Both the position numbers and the translations under genes were made by a program. Below are positions 62,100 through 64,000 of a stretch of DNA of 64,000 nt, piece after piece. The stretch covers positions 211,730,001 through 211,794,000 of the forward strand of contig JBITNC010000001.1 in the NCBI GenBank assembly GCA_050084985.1. The letters run 5' to 3'. This stretch comes from Nageia nagi (taxonomy: Eukaryota; Plantae; Pinophyta). Numbering within the stretch: the first letter of the stretch is position 1; each line of letters opens with the position of its first letter. The notes under the pieces are model-generated. The model saw nothing but the letters and a program-made list of their open reading frames with translations. It was not told the DNA's origin and searched no databases.

Positions 62100-62480
62100 A
62101 GCACTCCATGGTTCTTTGAGAAGAGGGGATTATTCTTAGAAAAATGAAAACCTAGATTCAATCCAGAGAAAGTATAAATAATGTTGGCTCCAGTTTGGGT
62201 TACTCTTCTACACCTCCCTTTTGATTTTTGGCGTTATGAAGTTTTTGAAGGGATAGCAAACTCACTTGGCAAATACTTCATTATAGATGATGTAACAAAA
62301 GTTTGCATAAGAATGATGGGGCTTAGATTTTGCATTATGGTTGAATCAAAAGAAAACTCCCTAAAACAATTACTCCGGAATCCAAAGTAGGAAATTGGGA
62401 ACAAGAATTGAGGTATGAAAACAACAATTGTGTATGTTTGACATGTAATTAAGTAAGCCATAATATAAAATCTTGTTCGA
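62100..62480 (+). mobile_element. L1-type LINE ORF1 fragment (DUF4283 / zf-CCHC_4-like)
   Basis: KPRFNPE..APVWVTLLHLPFDFW..FEGIANSLGK..QELRYE..CVCLTC..SH. Confidence 0.75.
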
Positions 62481-62974
62481 CCAAAGTAACCATAACAAAC
62501 ATTATTAAAAAATAATGGAGACCGAAATAACATAAGAAAAATAACTCTAAAGACTTGGAAGAGCGTGAAATCCCACTTGAATCAGAAACAAATAAGGAAC
62601 TAATACTACAAAAAGAAAATCCAATGATTATCTCAATGACAATGGCGATTGTAGCAAAGCAAGAAAAGCTTGAAGAACAAAATAATGAGGGTAACGAACA
62701 AGATAGTTAATCATAAACAAACAAATGGACCACAATAATCCTTAAATAGAAAATTCTAGCTAGAGAAAGAACTACAAATAAGCATAAAGGAAATCTCTCA
62801 AAATCATAGGAAATTGTAGTAAAATAAACAATTGCAGTAAAATAAGCAAAACCAGAGATGGTTGAAGGATCACCCACCAAGTCAAATTATAGATTGTAAC
62901 ACCATGATAATAATCACAAGGAGCCAAACATAAGAAATGCAAAATCTAGTCACAAGGCTAGAAAATATTCAGTT

Positions 62975-64000
62975 CTAGGGAGATGAAGATAGTGGAGAAC
63001 TAAAAGGTGATATGGTAAACTATGCACTTTACTCTTCTAGTTCAAATTGCAATTGTATTTCAAACGATGCAATTGTTTTTAGCCATATTGTTATGAAGAA
63101 GTTCGTTCTAACGTTGTTTGGATGCGAGATATGAAACAGGAGATTGATGCTATTGAATGAAATGATACTTGAGAACTTTGTGAGTTGCCCATAGGTAAAA
63201 AAGTTGTTGGTTCCAAGTGGGTGTACAAAAACAAATGCAAGAGTGATGGTAGCATTGAAATACCCAAAGCAAGGTTAGTGGAAAAAGGATTTACACAACA
63301 ATATGTTATGCATTTTGAGGAGACATTTGCACCTATAATAAGATAAGAAACAGTAAGGTTAGTGGTCTCTTTGATTGCAAATAAGAATTGGACAGTTCAA
63401 CATATGGATGTAAATAGTGCCTTTCTTAATGGGTACATCTATGAAGAGGTGTATGTAGTTGAACCTCAAGGCTTTTAGGTTTAAGAAAAAGAAAATCAAG
63501 TATACAAGCTCAAGAAGGCACTGTATGGGATGAAGCAAGCTTCAAGAGCTTGGTACACAAGAAAAGATGGATACTTCAAAAGTGTGGGCTTTCAAATATG
63601 TGTAAGTGAGCCTACTTTGTATTTTAAGAAATATGGATATGATATTTTGGTTGTTTATTTGTATACAATAGCAAGATGAATGAAATATTCAAAAATCAAA
63701 TGATGGCTGAATTTGGAATAAAAGACCTTGGTTTGATGAGCTACTTCCTTGGATTTAAGGTGCATAAAACAAATGAAGAGATATTTGTGTGCCAATCAAA
63801 ATATGCACATGATATGTTGAAGAAGTTTGGAATGGAGAATTGCACTCCTATTCTAACACCTACAACCCATGGAGAACACCTTTGCAAAGAAGATGGAGCA
63901 CCCAAAGTGAATAAGAAGGATTATACAAGTATTGTTGGAAATTTCATGTTTATAACAAATACAAGACCAAACTTGCAATTTAGTTTTTTATTGGTTGCAA
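62975..64000 (+). mobile_element. Decayed Ty1/Copia RT fragment related to 482-3885, running off the window end
   Basis: [60 protein letters not shown] similarity to 1780-2830. Confidence 0.9.

Noticed and set aside
1-64000. The many short ORFs in the track as independent genes
   Set aside because: Apart from the MED23 exons they lie in LTRs or decayed TE frames, or are antisense shadows, with no recognisable host-protein similarity.

Overview
Eukaryotic plant nuclear DNA. A gymnosperm/conifer host is an inference from the giant TE-filled introns and heavy C>T decay. The only host gene I can support is the 3' part of Mediator subunit MED23 on the + strand, in six coding exons: 25550-25701, 56171-56411, 56542-57301, 57731-57912, 58065-58168 and 58252-58477. 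It has a 30,469-bp intron, probably a further intron of more than 25.5 kb covering the window start, and a likely GC-AG intron. Almost everything else is a deeply nested stack of decayed transposons that can be resolved by target-site duplications (TSDs). These comprise three two-LTR non-autonomous Ty3/Gypsy elements with no RT/RNaseH/integrase, nine TSD-flanked solo LTRs, Ty1/Copia remnants, a decayed hAT transposon, three hAT-type MITEs, a tRNA-derived SINE, LINE fragments and a ~163-bp mitochondrial nad7 fragment inside an LTR. The most unusual signal is a 30-bp-period array of CC(A/C)ACGT(T/G)GG cores with variable spacers. It occurs just upstream of the LTR TATA boxes and also, in frame as a 10-aa repeat, where pol should be in the non-autonomous elements. 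All calls are by eye and no database searches were run.
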